From positions 72,068-136,067 of the forward strand of contig JAGWWK010000002.1 in NCBI GenBank assembly GCA_018970425.1: 64,000 nt of DNA, in the 5' to 3' direction. Shown here one piece after another: positions 21,333-30,922 of the stretch. Source of the DNA: Patescibacteria group bacterium (GTDB lineage: Bacteria > Patescibacteriota > Minisyncoccia > Phycocordibacterales > Phycocordibacteraceae). The notes beneath the pieces were generated by a model. The model was not told the origin of the DNA. It did not search any database and saw only the letters and a list, made by a program, of their open reading frames with translations. Numbering within the stretch: position 1 is the first letter of the stretch; every line of letters begins with the position of its first letter. Position numbers and translations under genes: made by a program.

Positions 21333-22865
21333 TTACGAAGTTAGGGTCGCAAGGTGCGAAAAGATCCGGTACATGGCTAGGGTGTCGAGGGCGCAGTACT
21401 TTTTGAGATTTTGAGCTATTTGGGCCTTATCTTCAGCCGTTGTAGTGGGGGCAAGCATGCGCCACCACTCGTTCGACGCTTGGCCACCCTCGTGGATCTC
21501 GAGGGCGTCGTAGGATAGGTCGGGGGCGAGGACGGGCAGGACCTTCTTGATAGACGTGCGGCCTCTAAAGCCTGGGTGTATGTAGTGCTGCTCGACAAAC
21601 AGCTTTTCGAGGTCGACCATGGCATTGTTGATGGTCGCGATAAACGGCGCAAGGAGAGGATGACGCTTAGCTATGTTTTCATTAATAAACTTCTTTTCAA
21701 ATGTTTCGTGCCAGACGATGACCGAGCCTGACGTGTAGGCTGCTCGGAGCGTAGCGACGCACGCCTCTGTCGGGTCTGAGAAGTCCTGGTGCAGGAACTC
21801 GACATGCTCGAGCGTACCGCCGGGCTCCTGCAGTATGTGGAGCGAGAACTGGAACGGAATAAACTTGTACGGACTGTAGCCGGTGAACGCGGGGATCGCG
21901 GGTGCGTACGCCTCGTAGTCGAAGAAGTGTAGCGGGTACTTGAGCGTCGCGAGGAAGTCGGCTATCGCTCCCCTGTCGATACTCGGCTTCTGTAGCTGGT
22001 GCGCCTGTACCTGGTTTGTCTGCTTTTCAGAGAGGTCGAAGGCGGCAGGGTCTACGTCGTCGATCGACAGGATGTTACTGTCCACGAGGTTCGTCAGTTT
22101 AGTTTTATGAATGCGTGATATGTCGTGCACCGAGTAGTCGGGTACGTGGGCGTTCGAGTACTGGAACGTCGTGCAGTGGTTACGACGCGATGAGTACACG
22201 CAGTCACAGCCGCCGCGCGGCTCGTCCGCGCGGAGCAAGTAGTCGCGCGCGCCTTCCATCTTAGGTTCTATCTCTGTCACTCGCTCGTTCGCTGCGTCGG
22301 TGACGTCGTCTATCTGGAACAGTTCTTCGATATTCAGGTCGCCCATGCGGACGTACTCCTTATTAAGGTGGACGAGGTAGGCGCGCCCGAGTGGGACTCG
22401 GGCGCGCCGCATGACTGAAATTTGAAACGCAATGTCTGTTACGTGGTCACGCTCCTTCTGGTCGATCTTTAAACTGTTCGTACCCTTTACCTCGTACAAG
22501 TCCCACAGGTTCGTGTCGGGGTTCCACTTCAGTACATCGTTACGCACGATAAACCCGTCAGCGATACACGTCGCTTGAAAAATAACAGGCATACGTTCCG
22601 CCATAAGGCGTGTTGTGTCTTCCACCGCATGTTCGCCCTTTGTTGAAACCTCTATCCCGCCGGGAAACAGGTTGCGCGCGTACGACTCGACCTCGTTACC
22701 CTGCTCCATAAGGTGGAGCTCGAACTCGGACGGGGTGAAAGTGCCTTTCAAGTCTGGCCGGTGGAGCTTCAGCCACGCGTCCTTAGGACACTGCATGCAG
22801 TGCTGGAACGTGGTTTTAGAGATGAGGAGGTCCATGACGAGGTAAGTATACCCTCCCCTATACAA
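21333..22865 (-). CDS. DUF2779-like protein: N-terminal Cas4/RecB-like PD-(D/E)xK nuclease region plus C-terminal RNase-H-like (DEDD-type) exonuclease-like region
   Basis: 510 aa. N-terminus ISKTTFQHCMQCPKDAWL (typical DUF2779/Cas4-like start with Cys). Later D..EVKG, CDC motifs. C-terminal FFDYEAYAPAIP resembles the exonuclease Exo I motif. Confidence 0.55.
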   Translation of the reverse strand: MYRGGYTYLVMDLLISKTTFQHCMQCPKDAWLKLHRPDLKGTFTPSEFELHLMEQGNEVESYARNLFPGGIEVSTKGEHAVEDTTRLMAERMPVIFQATCIADGFIVRNDVLKWNPDTNLWDLYEVKGTNSLKIDQKERDHVTDIAFQISVMRRARVPLGRAYLVHLNKEYVRMGDLNIEELFQIDDVTDAANERVTEIEPKMEGARDYLLRADEPRGGCDCVYSSRRNHCTTFQYSNAHVPDYSVHDISRIHKTKLTNLVDSNILSIDDVDPAAFDLSEKQTNQVQAHQLQKPSIDRGAIADFLATLKYPLHFFDYEAYAPAIPAFTGYSPYKFIPFQFSLHILQEPGGTLEHVEFLHQDFSDPTEACVATLRAAYTSGSVIVWHETFEKKFINENIAKRHPLLAPFIATINNAMVDLEKLFVEQHYIHPGFRGRTSIKKVLPVLAPDLSYDALEIHEGGQASNEWWRMLAPTTTAEDKAQIAQNLKKYCALDTLAMYRIFSHLATLTS

Positions 22866-22941
22866 AATGCCCGCTGGGTAGCGAACCAGAAACGAATGAA
22901 AGTCGAAAAAGACCCGCTACTCTACCCTGCTCACGCAAGCG

Positions 22942-23337
22942 CTACAGGTTGAGATATAGAATCGAGAGTTGGAGAACGGTAGCGAATGAGACCCAAAGAA
23001 GGTACGGTATGTTCACGTACGTCACCCACGGCGCATAGCGGAAAATAGCATAGAGTGCCCACACGAGTGTTGCGAGAACTAAGATAATGTCGAGAGACGC
23101 GAGCCACTGATTGCCGAGCGTAAACTGAAGCGGTGTAAACGCCACATTGAAAATAATGTTGAGCGCGAACGGTAGCAAGACGGTGGCCGGTAGTGTGCGC
23201 CGCACATACCGGTACGCAACGTAGCCGAATGAGATTGCAATAATAAGGTACAAGACCGACCACACTGGGCCAAAGATCCAATCAGGTGGCGCCCATGAGG
23301 GCTTGATCCACATTCCATACTGCATGTAGTTTTCCAT
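22942..23337 (-). CDS. tspO: TspO/MBR family tryptophan-rich sensory protein
   Basis: W-rich 5-TM protein, WIKPSWAPPDWIFGPVWSVLY signature. ORF track starts at a TTG at 23355; the ATG at 23337 was chosen. Confidence 0.75.
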   Translation of the reverse strand: MENYMQYGMWIKPSWAPPDWIFGPVWSVLYLIIAISFGYVAYRYVRRTLPATVLLPFALNIIFNVAFTPLQFTLGNQWLASLDIILVLATLVWALYAIFRYAPWVTYVNIPYLLWVSFATVLQLSILYLNL

Positions 23338-23410
23338 ATATAGATATACTAACAAACCGTATAAGTGACCGCTCCGAGCACCCGTGGTATTGTTTCAAAG
23401 ACCGACACTA

Positions 23411-23499
23411 GGAGAGGTGGCTGAGCGGTCGAAAGCGGCACAGTGCTAATGTGTTGTCCGGGTAAAACTGGACCGTGGGTTCGAATCCCACCCTCTCCG
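23411..23499 (+). tRNA. tRNA-Ser (anticodon GCT)
   Basis: Class II tRNA: acceptor GGAGAGG/CCTCTCC, 3-bp D-stem, anticodon stem GCACA/TGTGT with loop GTGCTAA, long variable arm, T-loop TTCGAAT. CCA not encoded. Confidence 0.8.
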
Positions 23500-23511
23500 C
23501 TGCAGAAAATA

Positions 23512-23538
23512 AACCGGCTTGTGCCGGTCTTATTTTTT
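23512..23538 (+). terminator. rho-independent terminator after tRNA-Ser
   Basis: Hairpin ACCGGC-TTGT-GCCGGT followed by CTTATTTTTT. Confidence 0.7.
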
Positions 23539-23575
23539 GCTGACGAGTGGAGTGGGATTCGAACAACGAGCGCGG

Positions 23576-24250
23576 TTACTTCTGCAAAGCAAGGACGCGG
23601 ACCACCTCCTCAGCGAGTGGGGTTGCGGACGCGGGGTTCTGCCCAGTGATCAGACGACTATCTGACGCAACATGCGGCTGCCAAAGGTCCGCATGCTCAA
23701 ACAGTGCACCTCGCGCGCGCAGCTCGGACTCAAGGAGAAATGGCACCACTGTCTCAAGTTTCTTTGCCCGCTCTTCCGCGTCGGTGAACGATGTTACGCG
23801 TTTCCCCGCTACGAGGTAGGTACCATTAGAGAGCGCGACATGCACGAGTGCCGCAGGGCCGTGGCAGACCGCGCTCACTACCCCACCCTCCTCATATATA
23901 GTGCGTGCAATCTCCGCAAGGTGTGCGTTGTGCGGAAAGTCCCACATCGTTCCGTGGCCGCCCACGAAAAATACTGCTGCGTAACGTCGCGGGTCAACCT
24001 CTGCAAGGTTCAACGTAGCCGCCGCGCGTGTCGCATCACTGCTGTCTAGAAATTCGCGATTTATCGGATCCTCCGTATTCATGCCGTCTACAGGCGATGC
24101 TCCGCCAGCCGGGCTCGCAAAGTCAACTGCGTATCCTGCCTGTGTAAACACTCGCCACGGATGTGAGAGCTCGCTTAAAAAATATCCGGTCGCCTTTCCG
24201 GTGGTGCCGAGCTCGCCGTGGCTCGTCAGCACGAAGAGAATTTTTTTCAT
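23576..24250 (-). CDS. DJ-1/PfpI family protein (class I glutamine amidotransferase-like)
   Basis: 224 aa. Nucleophile elbow AVCHGP, flanking FVGGHG. Hsp31/glyoxalase III-like size. Confidence 0.8.
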   Translation of the reverse strand: MKKILFVLTSHGELGTTGKATGYFLSELSHPWRVFTQAGYAVDFASPAGGASPVDGMNTEDPINREFLDSSDATRAAATLNLAEVDPRRYAAVFFVGGHGTMWDFPHNAHLAEIARTIYEEGGVVSAVCHGPAALVHVALSNGTYLVAGKRVTSFTDAEERAKKLETVVPFLLESELRARGALFEHADLWQPHVASDSRLITGQNPASATPLAEEVVRVLALQK

Positions 24251-24273
24251 ACGTGAAGCCTACCACGCCGTAC

Positions 24274-24933
24274 TTACGCGCCTGAAAGCTTGGCAGATGG
24301 GTCTAGACGCTCCCGTTCTATACCGATTGTTGCCGCAGTATTAATGAGGTGTGCCTCTGCGTCTTGAATCGCTTCGCGCGACGCATCGGGGGGCACTGTA
24401 CGCTCGAACTCTAGTGACTCGTGCGGTGGTGAGAGTTTCTCACCGTCTCGCTCTGTGTATGTGTCAACATGGACTGTCGTACCGTTTTCGTGCAGGTAGG
24501 TGCTGCGCGTCCGTGTCGTGGTTCGATCAACCGCGAGTGCCGCCTCGGCGCTCGCGAGTGCAAAAAGAAAGTCGCGTATAGCCTGCTCCGCATCGGAAAA
24601 CGAGTGCGCGACGCCCTCGTGTTCGAGGTGCGCCTTTGACACCGTGAGTCCGTCACGCGGTTGAAACTCTTTGACCGCCCACTCATAGACTACGCGCGAT
24701 CCCTGCCGTCGCTCACGCACACGTGCCATGCCGTCAAAGCCCGGCAGTACTACCGCGAATCGCGTGTCGAGCAGGATTTCCGTGCCCTGACTTTCCGCGA
24801 CCTGCTGTAATCGCTCCTCACAGGCGGTACGCTCCTCGGCACCATTGAGTCTTGCTCGCGTCTCCACTTCCCGAACGCTCACATACTCACGAGTATTTCT
24901 CTCTTGTCTAAGCATCGAGACCTCGAGATTCAT
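24274..24933 (-). CDS. hypothetical protein
   Basis: Only long ORF covering an otherwise ~700-nt gap. ORF track extends it to 25119, overlapping recG, so an internal ATG (24933 or 24915) is more plausible. No family recognised; Arg/Glu-rich. Confidence 0.35.
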   Translation of the reverse strand: MNLEVSMLRQERNTREYVSVREVETRARLNGAEERTACEERLQQVAESQGTEILLDTRFAVVLPGFDGMARVRERRQGSRVVYEWAVKEFQPRDGLTVSKAHLEHEGVAHSFSDAEQAIRDFLFALASAEAALAVDRTTTRTRSTYLHENGTTVHVDTYTERDGEKLSPPHESLEFERTVPPDASREAIQDAEAHLINTAATIGIERERLDPSAKLSGA

Positions 24934-24960
24934 CCCGGCCACTATATACTGAGTCCGTAC

Positions 24961-27108
24961 ATGGAGCCACAGTCCCCGATTGACGACCTTGTCCGCTTGT
25001 CTACTGCGCATCGCGCCGCGCTTGAGCGCCTTGGCATTGCAAATATCCGCGACCTCCTCTACCACATACCCCACCGCTACGAGTCGGCCGCTGATATACG
25101 TGAGGTCGCGCAACTCCACACACCGGGCGAGGTGACGCTATACGGGCAGTTCACCGCGCTTGAAATGAAACGCTCGTTCAAAACCAGAGTACCCATGGCC
25201 GAGGGAACTTTTGACGACGGCACGGGTACGGTGCGCGTTGTATGGTTTCATCAGCCATACCTTGCAAAAATGGTTCCCACGAACGAACTTGTGCGATTGC
25301 GTGGCCCGCTCTCGATTTCCAAGGGACGGAAGTACATTGCAAACCCGGTAGTCGAGCGCGCGGCTGGACTTCCGGTACTACAAGACACGGAGGGTATGGT
25401 GGCAGATGGTGGTATGCAGCCGGTGTACCCCGAGACCGCAGGCATTACCTCACTCTGGTTCTACCACGCGGTAAAGCGCGCACTCGAGGCGCGCGTCCAC
25501 GAATCGCTTGTAGACCTAGTGCCACGAGAGATTCTTGAGAAGTACCACCTACCCACGCTACAGACCGCGCTAGTCTGGGCACACCAACCCAAACATCAGA
25601 AAGACGCGGACGCCGCAAAGAAGCGTTTTGCGTTCGAGGAAGTGTTTATGATCCAACTCGCGCGCGCTCTCGAGCGTGAAAAAAATAAAGAAAAGCGCGC
25701 GCTCCCCGTTGATGCCGACGAAGCGCGGGTGCACGCATTTATTGACACCTTTCCCTTCGCACCAACGGGTGGGCAACGACGCGCGATTGCCGACATTCTT
25801 GCAAACTTCCTTGAGCCGTACCCTATGGCGCGCCTCCTCGAGGGCGACGTCGGCAGTGGCAAGACCGCGGTCGCCGCGGCGACCGCGTACGCAGTCGTGA
25901 CATCGCGTCCGGTGCCAGGAAAAAACTTTGGTAACCTGCAGGTCGCGTACATGTGCCCGACTGAAATACTCGCCAAGCAGCACTTCTCAACCTTTACGTC
26001 GTTTTTTAAAAAGTACCCTATACAAATCGGACTCATCACCTCGTCAGGCTGTTACAAGTTTCCGTCGAAGGTGCACCCCGATAAGCCGACTGAAATATCT
26101 CGCACACAGCTTTTAAAGTGGGTGGCTAATGGAGAGGTACCAATCCTCATTGGTACGCATGCTCTTATTCAAAAAGCGGTGAAGTTTAAGCACCTCGCAT
26201 ACGTCATTATCGACGAGCAACACCGCTTTGGTACCGCGCAGCGACAGGCCCTCACACTCAAAGACGGCGTGGCACCGCACCTCCTCTCCATGACCGCGAC
26301 CCCCATTCCGCGCACACTCGCCTTGACGCTCTACGGCGACCTCGACCTCACCGTACTCGACGAGCTCCCTGCTGGGCGTAAGCCTATAGATACGAAGATA
26401 GTGACACCACACGAGAGATCCGGCGCGTATACAAAAGTACGCGAACTCTTGGCTCAAGGTCGACAGGCGTACGTCATTTGTCCGCGTATCGACGAGCCGG
26501 ATCCGACAAAACAGATGGCACTCCAGGCGCGCTCGGTCGCAGCAGAATTAAAAAATCTGCACAAGCTGTTCCCCGAATTCGTGATCGAAAAAATGCACAG
26601 CAAGATGAGTCCGAAGGATAAGGAGGACGTCATGGCCGCGTTTGAACAAGGAAAGATACACATACTCGTCTCGACGTCGGTGGTCGAGGTGGGCGTCAAC
26701 GTCCCGAACGCGACGATTATTTTAATCGAAGGCGCAGAGCGCTTCGGCTTGGCCCAGCTCCACCAGCTACGCGGACGCGTGATGCGCTCGACGCACCAGC
26801 CGTATTGCTTCCTCATGGTAGACAAAGCGAGCTCCTTAGGGAACGCGCGGCTCAAGGCGATACTGAAAGCAAAAAACGGATTCGAGCTCGCTGAGCATGA
26901 CCTCGCGATACGCGGCGCGGGAGAACTCTATGGGCGCAGGCAGTGGGGCATCTCTGACATCGGTATGGAAGCCTTAAAAAATATAAAGCTTGTCGAGGCT
27001 GCTCGGAGCGAAGCATTCGCCCTCGTGTCTACAGACGCTGACCTACGCACCCTGCCCGACCTAAAAAAACAAGCCCTTCATACACTGAAGGACCTGCATT
27101 TTGAGTAG
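24961..27108 (+). CDS. recG: ATP-dependent DNA helicase RecG
   Basis: Wedge/OB N-domain, helicase motifs GDVGSGKT, DEQHRFG, MTATPIPRT, QLRGRVMRS. ORF opens at 24904, but the RecG-like N-terminus starts at the ATG at 24961. Confidence 0.9.
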   Translation: MEPQSPIDDLVRLSTAHRAALERLGIANIRDLLYHIPHRYESAADIREVAQLHTPGEVTLYGQFTALEMKRSFKTRVPMAEGTFDDGTGTVRVVWFHQPYLAKMVPTNELVRLRGPLSISKGRKYIANPVVERAAGLPVLQDTEGMVADGGMQPVYPETAGITSLWFYHAVKRALEARVHESLVDLVPREILEKYHLPTLQTALVWAHQPKHQKDADAAKKRFAFEEVFMIQLARALEREKNKEKRALPVDADEARVHAFIDTFPFAPTGGQRRAIADILANFLEPYPMARLLEGDVGSGKTAVAAATAYAVVTSRPVPGKNFGNLQVAYMCPTEILAKQHFSTFTSFFKKYPIQIGLITSSGCYKFPSKVHPDKPTEISRTQLLKWVANGEVPILIGTHALIQKAVKFKHLAYVIIDEQHRFGTAQRQALTLKDGVAPHLLSMTATPIPRTLALTLYGDLDLTVLDELPAGRKPIDTKIVTPHERSGAYTKVRELLAQGRQAYVICPRIDEPDPTKQMALQARSVAAELKNLHKLFPEFVIEKMHSKMSPKDKEDVMAAFEQGKIHILVSTSVVEVGVNVPNATIILIEGAERFGLAQLHQLRGRVMRSTHQPYCFLMVDKASSLGNARLKAILKAKNGFELAEHDLAIRGAGELYGRRQWGISDIGMEALKNIKLVEAARSEAFALVSTDADLRTLPDLKKQALHTLKDLHFE

Positions 27109-27182
27109 TGGGCGTGCCTGGACTCGAACCAGGGACCGCGGAGGTATAAGCTCCGTGCTCTAACCAACTGAGCTACACGCCC
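27109..27182 (-). tRNA. tRNA-Ile (anticodon TAT, reads AUA)
   Basis: Reverse complement GGGCGTG-TA-GCTC-AGTTGGTTA-GAGC-A-CGGAG-CTTATAC-CTCCG-CGGTC-CCTGG-TTCGAGT-CCAGG-CACGCCC-A. All four stems are canonical. Anticodon loop C-T-TAT-A-C. Confidence 0.8.
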
Positions 27183-27249
27183 GTTCCCCCCTCACTCCTT
27201 GACTGTAAGCTCTGCACTCACACAGCTGAGCTAAGGGCGGATGCACTAA

Positions 27250-27456
27250 CTATACAGTGCGAGGGACTACTTGCGAAGGAGTGATACAGACGGCGTATGC
27301 CAAGCCTATGAGAGCAAGTATGTATGAGTACAGAAGCGTGTACTGCGCCTCAGAGCTGAGCTCTATCTGAAGCATATCCTGGAGACCCACATCAAGTGCT
27401 ATCGTACCCAACAAAAGAAAAAAGCTCAAAGTGCCTACTGCCTCACCGCGCTCCAT
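27250..27456 (-). CDS. small hydrophobic ORF (68 aa), doubtful
   Basis: AT-richer segment between tRNA-Ile and ftsH. Two predicted hydrophobic stretches. No homology recognised. Confidence 0.2.
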   Translation of the reverse strand: MERGEAVGTLSFFLLLGTIALDVGLQDMLQIELSSEAQYTLLYSYILALIGLAYAVCITPSQVVPRTV

Positions 27457-27461
27457 GATAC

Positions 27462-27656
27462 TTATGCAGTACGGAGCGTGTGCTCATTCTTTTGATGCGA
27501 GATGAGGGGAAAACTACCCACAACAAGGACTCCTAGGCATATATAACGAAGCAACTTTACCTCTTCTGCTGTCATACCTTCGGGCGAAGCGAGCACGGGG
27601 AGCATCGCGAGAACCCAAAGCAGACTCAGACACTTGACAATTTTTTGCATCGCCAT
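27462..27656 (-). CDS. small secreted/membrane peptide (64 aa), doubtful
   Basis: Signal-peptide-like N-terminus KCLSLLWVLAMLPVLASP and a second hydrophobic stretch. Confidence 0.25.
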   Translation of the reverse strand: MAMQKIVKCLSLLWVLAMLPVLASPEGMTAEEVKLLRYICLGVLVVGSFPLISHQKNEHTLRTA

Positions 27657-27677
27657 ACCCTACACCAGAATGAAAGG

Positions 27678-29618
27678 TCACGCAACCACCGCGTGCTCGA
27701 TATCTTTTTTTACCTTCGGCGTGATGCCGTTAGCGATCAGTAGCTTCTCGAAATCGTCGCGCTCAATAGTTTCCTTTTCAACAAGCGTTCGAGAAATAGC
27801 GTCGAGCACGGAACGATGCTCAGTGATGATATGTTTCGCCTTCGCGTAGGCCTCGTCGATGATACGCTTCACCTCCGCGTCGACCTTAGCTGACATCGCT
27901 TCTGAATAGTCACGCTCGCCTATACCGCGACCAAAGAGCGCACGCCCACCATCACCCTCAATAGCGATCGTACCTATTGCGTCGGACATACCGTAGCGCG
28001 TCACCATGTCGCGTGCGAGTGCGGTCAAGACCTGTAGGTCGTTCGACGGTCCTGTGGTCACATCGCCAAAAATCTCTTTTTCAGCTACGTACCCACCAAG
28101 GGACACGGCAATGTCGTCGAGGAACTCGTTCTTCGACTGCATCTTCGTATCTTCCAAAGGAAGTTTGAGTGTATAGCCAGCAGCGCGTCCGCGACTGATG
28201 ATCGAGATCTTGTGCACCGGGTCGGCAAACGGCAGTACGGACGACACAAGCGCGTGCCCTGCCTCGTGGTACGCCGTTATTTCTTTTTCTTTCTTGTTAA
28301 GTACGTGTGACTTCCTTTCAGGCCCGAGCATCACCTTTTCAATTGAGCGGATGAGGTCAAACTGCGCGACTTTTTTGCGATCCTCACGCGCAGCAAGGAT
28401 GGCGCCCTCGTTCATGAGAGAGTAGAGCTCCGCGCCTGAAAAACCGGGCGTGCGTTCCGCGATTACCTTAAGATTTACATCCTCAGCAAGAGGCTTCTTG
28501 CGAGCATGAATCTTGAGGATCTCTTCGCGACCATCACGGTCTGGAAGGTCGATGGTGACGCGGCGGTCAAAGCGTCCCGGGCGCAGGAGCGCCGGGTCAA
28601 GAACGTCAGGACGGTTAGTGGCCGCCATGACAATCACTTTTTCATTCGGCTCGAAGCCGTCCATCTCAACAAGAATTTGGTTTAGAGTTTGTTCGCGCTC
28701 GTCGTTGCCGCCACCGACACCGGTACCGCGTACGCGCCCAACAGCATCTATTTCATCGACAAAAATAATTGCAGGTGCTGCGCGCTTTGCCATCTGGAAC
28801 AAGTCGCGCACGCGAGACGCGCCAACGCCCACAAACATTTCAACAAATTCTGAGCCGGAGATTGAGAAAAACGGCACACCAGCCTCGCCCGCAACAGCGC
28901 GGCCGAGCAAGGTCTTTCCGGTGCCTGGCGCGCCCATGAGTAGTACTCCCTTCGGAATACGCGCACCAATGTCGAGGAACTTTTTAGGATTCTTTAAGAA
29001 GTCGACAATTTCCGTGAGCTCCTCCTTCGCCTCCTTCGCGCCCGCGACATCAGAAAAGGTGACGCGCTGGGCAGTATCTTTCGGGTCGATCATGCGCGCC
29101 TTTGACTGTCCGAAGGTAAACGCCTGCACGCCACCCTGGCGCATCTGCTTAGACAAGAACCAGATAAATACGCCAATCAAAATGAGTGGCAAGAGGATGG
29201 GTGCGAGTGAGAAGAACCAGTAGCGGAATCCTGACTGGTCCTTGACCTCTATCTGTACCGCCGCGAGCGCCTCTCCCGTGAGGCCGTAACTTGAGAGCGT
29301 CTCGGTGAGCGCGGCGTCGGGCTCCTTTTTCCCCTTCTTTTCAGTTTTGTCAGTGTAGGTGACGGTGAGTTCATTACCGGAAACAGCGATCGACTCTACC
29401 TGCCCCGCGCGTATGTCGGTTGCAAGCGCGGAGAGCGTCACGCTCGCGGGCGTAGTGTCGGTCCGAAACGCATACGAGTACGCGAGCGCAAGAAGAACAA
29501 TGAGCGCGAGTGTGGTGGTGAAAGACGACCACGGATCAGTACTTCGTGGCGTAAGCGGTGACCAGCGCGAGCCGCGCTTATCGGTTTTTTTAGGTTTTTG
29601 CGATCGAGGAGGTGGCAT
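27678..29618 (-). CDS. ftsH: ATP-dependent zinc metalloprotease FtsH
   Basis: 646 aa. Two N-terminal TM helices, AAA+ Walker [12 protein letters not shown], zinc motif HEAGHA. Confidence 0.9.
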   Translation of the reverse strand: MPPPRSQKPKKTDKRGSRWSPLTPRSTDPWSSFTTTLALIVLLALAYSYAFRTDTTPASVTLSALATDIRAGQVESIAVSGNELTVTYTDKTEKKGKKEPDAALTETLSSYGLTGEALAAVQIEVKDQSGFRYWFFSLAPILLPLILIGVFIWFLSKQMRQGGVQAFTFGQSKARMIDPKDTAQRVTFSDVAGAKEAKEELTEIVDFLKNPKKFLDIGARIPKGVLLMGAPGTGKTLLGRAVAGEAGVPFFSISGSEFVEMFVGVGASRVRDLFQMAKRAAPAIIFVDEIDAVGRVRGTGVGGGNDEREQTLNQILVEMDGFEPNEKVIVMAATNRPDVLDPALLRPGRFDRRVTIDLPDRDGREEILKIHARKKPLAEDVNLKVIAERTPGFSGAELYSLMNEGAILAAREDRKKVAQFDLIRSIEKVMLGPERKSHVLNKKEKEITAYHEAGHALVSSVLPFADPVHKISIISRGRAAGYTLKLPLEDTKMQSKNEFLDDIAVSLGGYVAEKEIFGDVTTGPSNDLQVLTALARDMVTRYGMSDAIGTIAIEGDGGRALFGRGIGERDYSEAMSAKVDAEVKRIIDEAYAKAKHIITEHRSVLDAISRTLVEKETIERDDFEKLLIANGITPKVKKDIEHAVVA

Positions 29619-29637
29619 ATAGCGTAGTATATACGGT

Positions 29638-30048
29638 ATGACTAGAAGGCGGAAGCAGGGCGCGTCGCACCAAGTCGAACAACTCGTTGCCTACGCACTC
29701 TGGGGACTAGTCGCGTTTGCGGTCGGCATGCTTTCTCTCTGGGTGACGTACGGCATCTTTCGGCTTCCGTACTCACTGTCGGTTGCTGTATCGGTCGCGG
29801 CCAACCTTATAACGCACTACACAACGAGTCGCTTGTTTGTCTTTACACGCTCAGGCCGCACGTATGAGGAGGGTTTTGCAATCTTTGCCCTCATCGGCGT
29901 GCTTGAAATTATTGGTATTACCGCTCTCGCGATAGCCCTCGTCGAATATGGCAGCGTCGATGAGTATGTGGCTCGCATCCTATCGGGCATTCTTGCGTCG
30001 ATCATCGGTTTCTGGGCAAACGGTCACTTTACTTTCCGCGCGCTATGA
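29638..30048 (+). CDS. GtrA-family membrane protein
   Basis: 136 aa, 4 TM, GtrA-like terminal motif. 4-nt overlap with the next gene. Confidence 0.6.
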   Translation: MTRRRKQGASHQVEQLVAYALWGLVAFAVGMLSLWVTYGIFRLPYSLSVAVSVAANLITHYTTSRLFVFTRSGRTYEEGFAIFALIGVLEIIGITALAIALVEYGSVDEYVARILSGILASIIGFWANGHFTFRAL

Positions 30049-30440
30049 CTTTTTATATTCGCCATTTTAGACGGTTGGTGCGGTACGGCATCGTCGGGAG
30101 TATTGCCTTTGCCATCGACATGGCACTCCTTGTAGCATTCGATTTCCTACTCGGACTCCCCTACCAAGCGGCCGTCCCCTCAGCTTTTCTCATAGCGACA
30201 TCTATTCACTATGTACTCGTGCACCGAGTTGCGTTCACAGACAGCGAACGACCAGCACATGAGGCATACCCATTCTTTCTCATCATTATGTGCGGAAGCG
30301 CAGCTGCAGTAACGGGGCTCGTATACGTGCTCGTTGAGTATGGCGGTCTGTCACTCTATGTCGCGCGAGTCGCGGTGTCTGGTATCGTGGGACTAGTTTC
30401 TTTTTACATGAATACGAAGTACAACTTTAGAATCGTATGA
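30045..30440 (+). CDS. GtrA-family membrane protein (tandem paralog)
   Basis: 131 aa, 4 TM, ends ...YMNTKYNFRIV. 4-nt overlap with smpB. Confidence 0.6.
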   Translation: MTFYIRHFRRLVRYGIVGSIAFAIDMALLVAFDFLLGLPYQAAVPSAFLIATSIHYVLVHRVAFTDSERPAHEAYPFFLIIMCGSAAAVTGLVYVLVEYGGLSLYVARVAVSGIVGLVSFYMNTKYNFRIV

Positions 30441-30883
30441 GCACAGATATCGTAAACAAAAAAGCGCGGCTCGAGTACGACATCCTGGATGAGTTTGAGG
30501 CAGGCATCGCGCTCGCCGGCTACGAGGCCAAGGCACTCCGCGCTGGCAAGGCCACGCTCGCGGGTGCGCGCGTCGTAGTGCGCGGCGGCGAGGCGTACCT
30601 CATAGGCGCCACTATCAGTCCGTACCAGGAGGGCAACGTACCCAAAAGCTACGACCCCGAGCGCGCGCGCAAGCTCCTCTTCTCCCGCTCAGAGCTTGCA
30701 GAGCTCGGAGGAGCAGAGACACAGCGAGGGTTGACAATAGTGCCTATAATGGTGTATAATAAAAAGCGCTTCATTAAGCTCCTGTGCGGCGTAGCGCGAA
30801 AGAAGAAAAAACATGACAAACGCGCTACACTCAAGGAGCGCGATGAGCGCAGGGACATCGAGCGTTCTTTGAAAAATCAATAA
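30437..30883 (+). CDS. smpB: SsrA-binding protein
   Basis: 148 aa, typical SmpB sequence with basic C-terminal tail. Immediately upstream of the tmRNA gene. Confidence 0.9.
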   Translation: MSTDIVNKKARLEYDILDEFEAGIALAGYEAKALRAGKATLAGARVVVRGGEAYLIGATISPYQEGNVPKSYDPERARKLLFSRSELAELGGAETQRGLTIVPIMVYNKKRFIKLLCGVARKKKKHDKRATLKERDERRDIERSLKNQ

Positions 30884-30922
30884 GGTCACTCGCGCGCAGC
30901 GCAGGCTCCTGCCCGCGCTGCG

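Noticed and set aside
24934-25119. 5' extension of the 24274..25119 minus-strand ORF, and the 24904..24960 extension of recG
   Set aside because: Using these would make the two divergent genes overlap by ~200 nt. Internal ATGs (24933 and 24961) give conventional N-termini and a short divergent spacer.
27183-27677. RNase P RNA or 4.5S RNA in the long tRNA-Ile/ftsH gap
   Set aside because: Neither strand contains the conserved P4 motif (AGGAAAGUCCGG...) or the SRP domain IV consensus.
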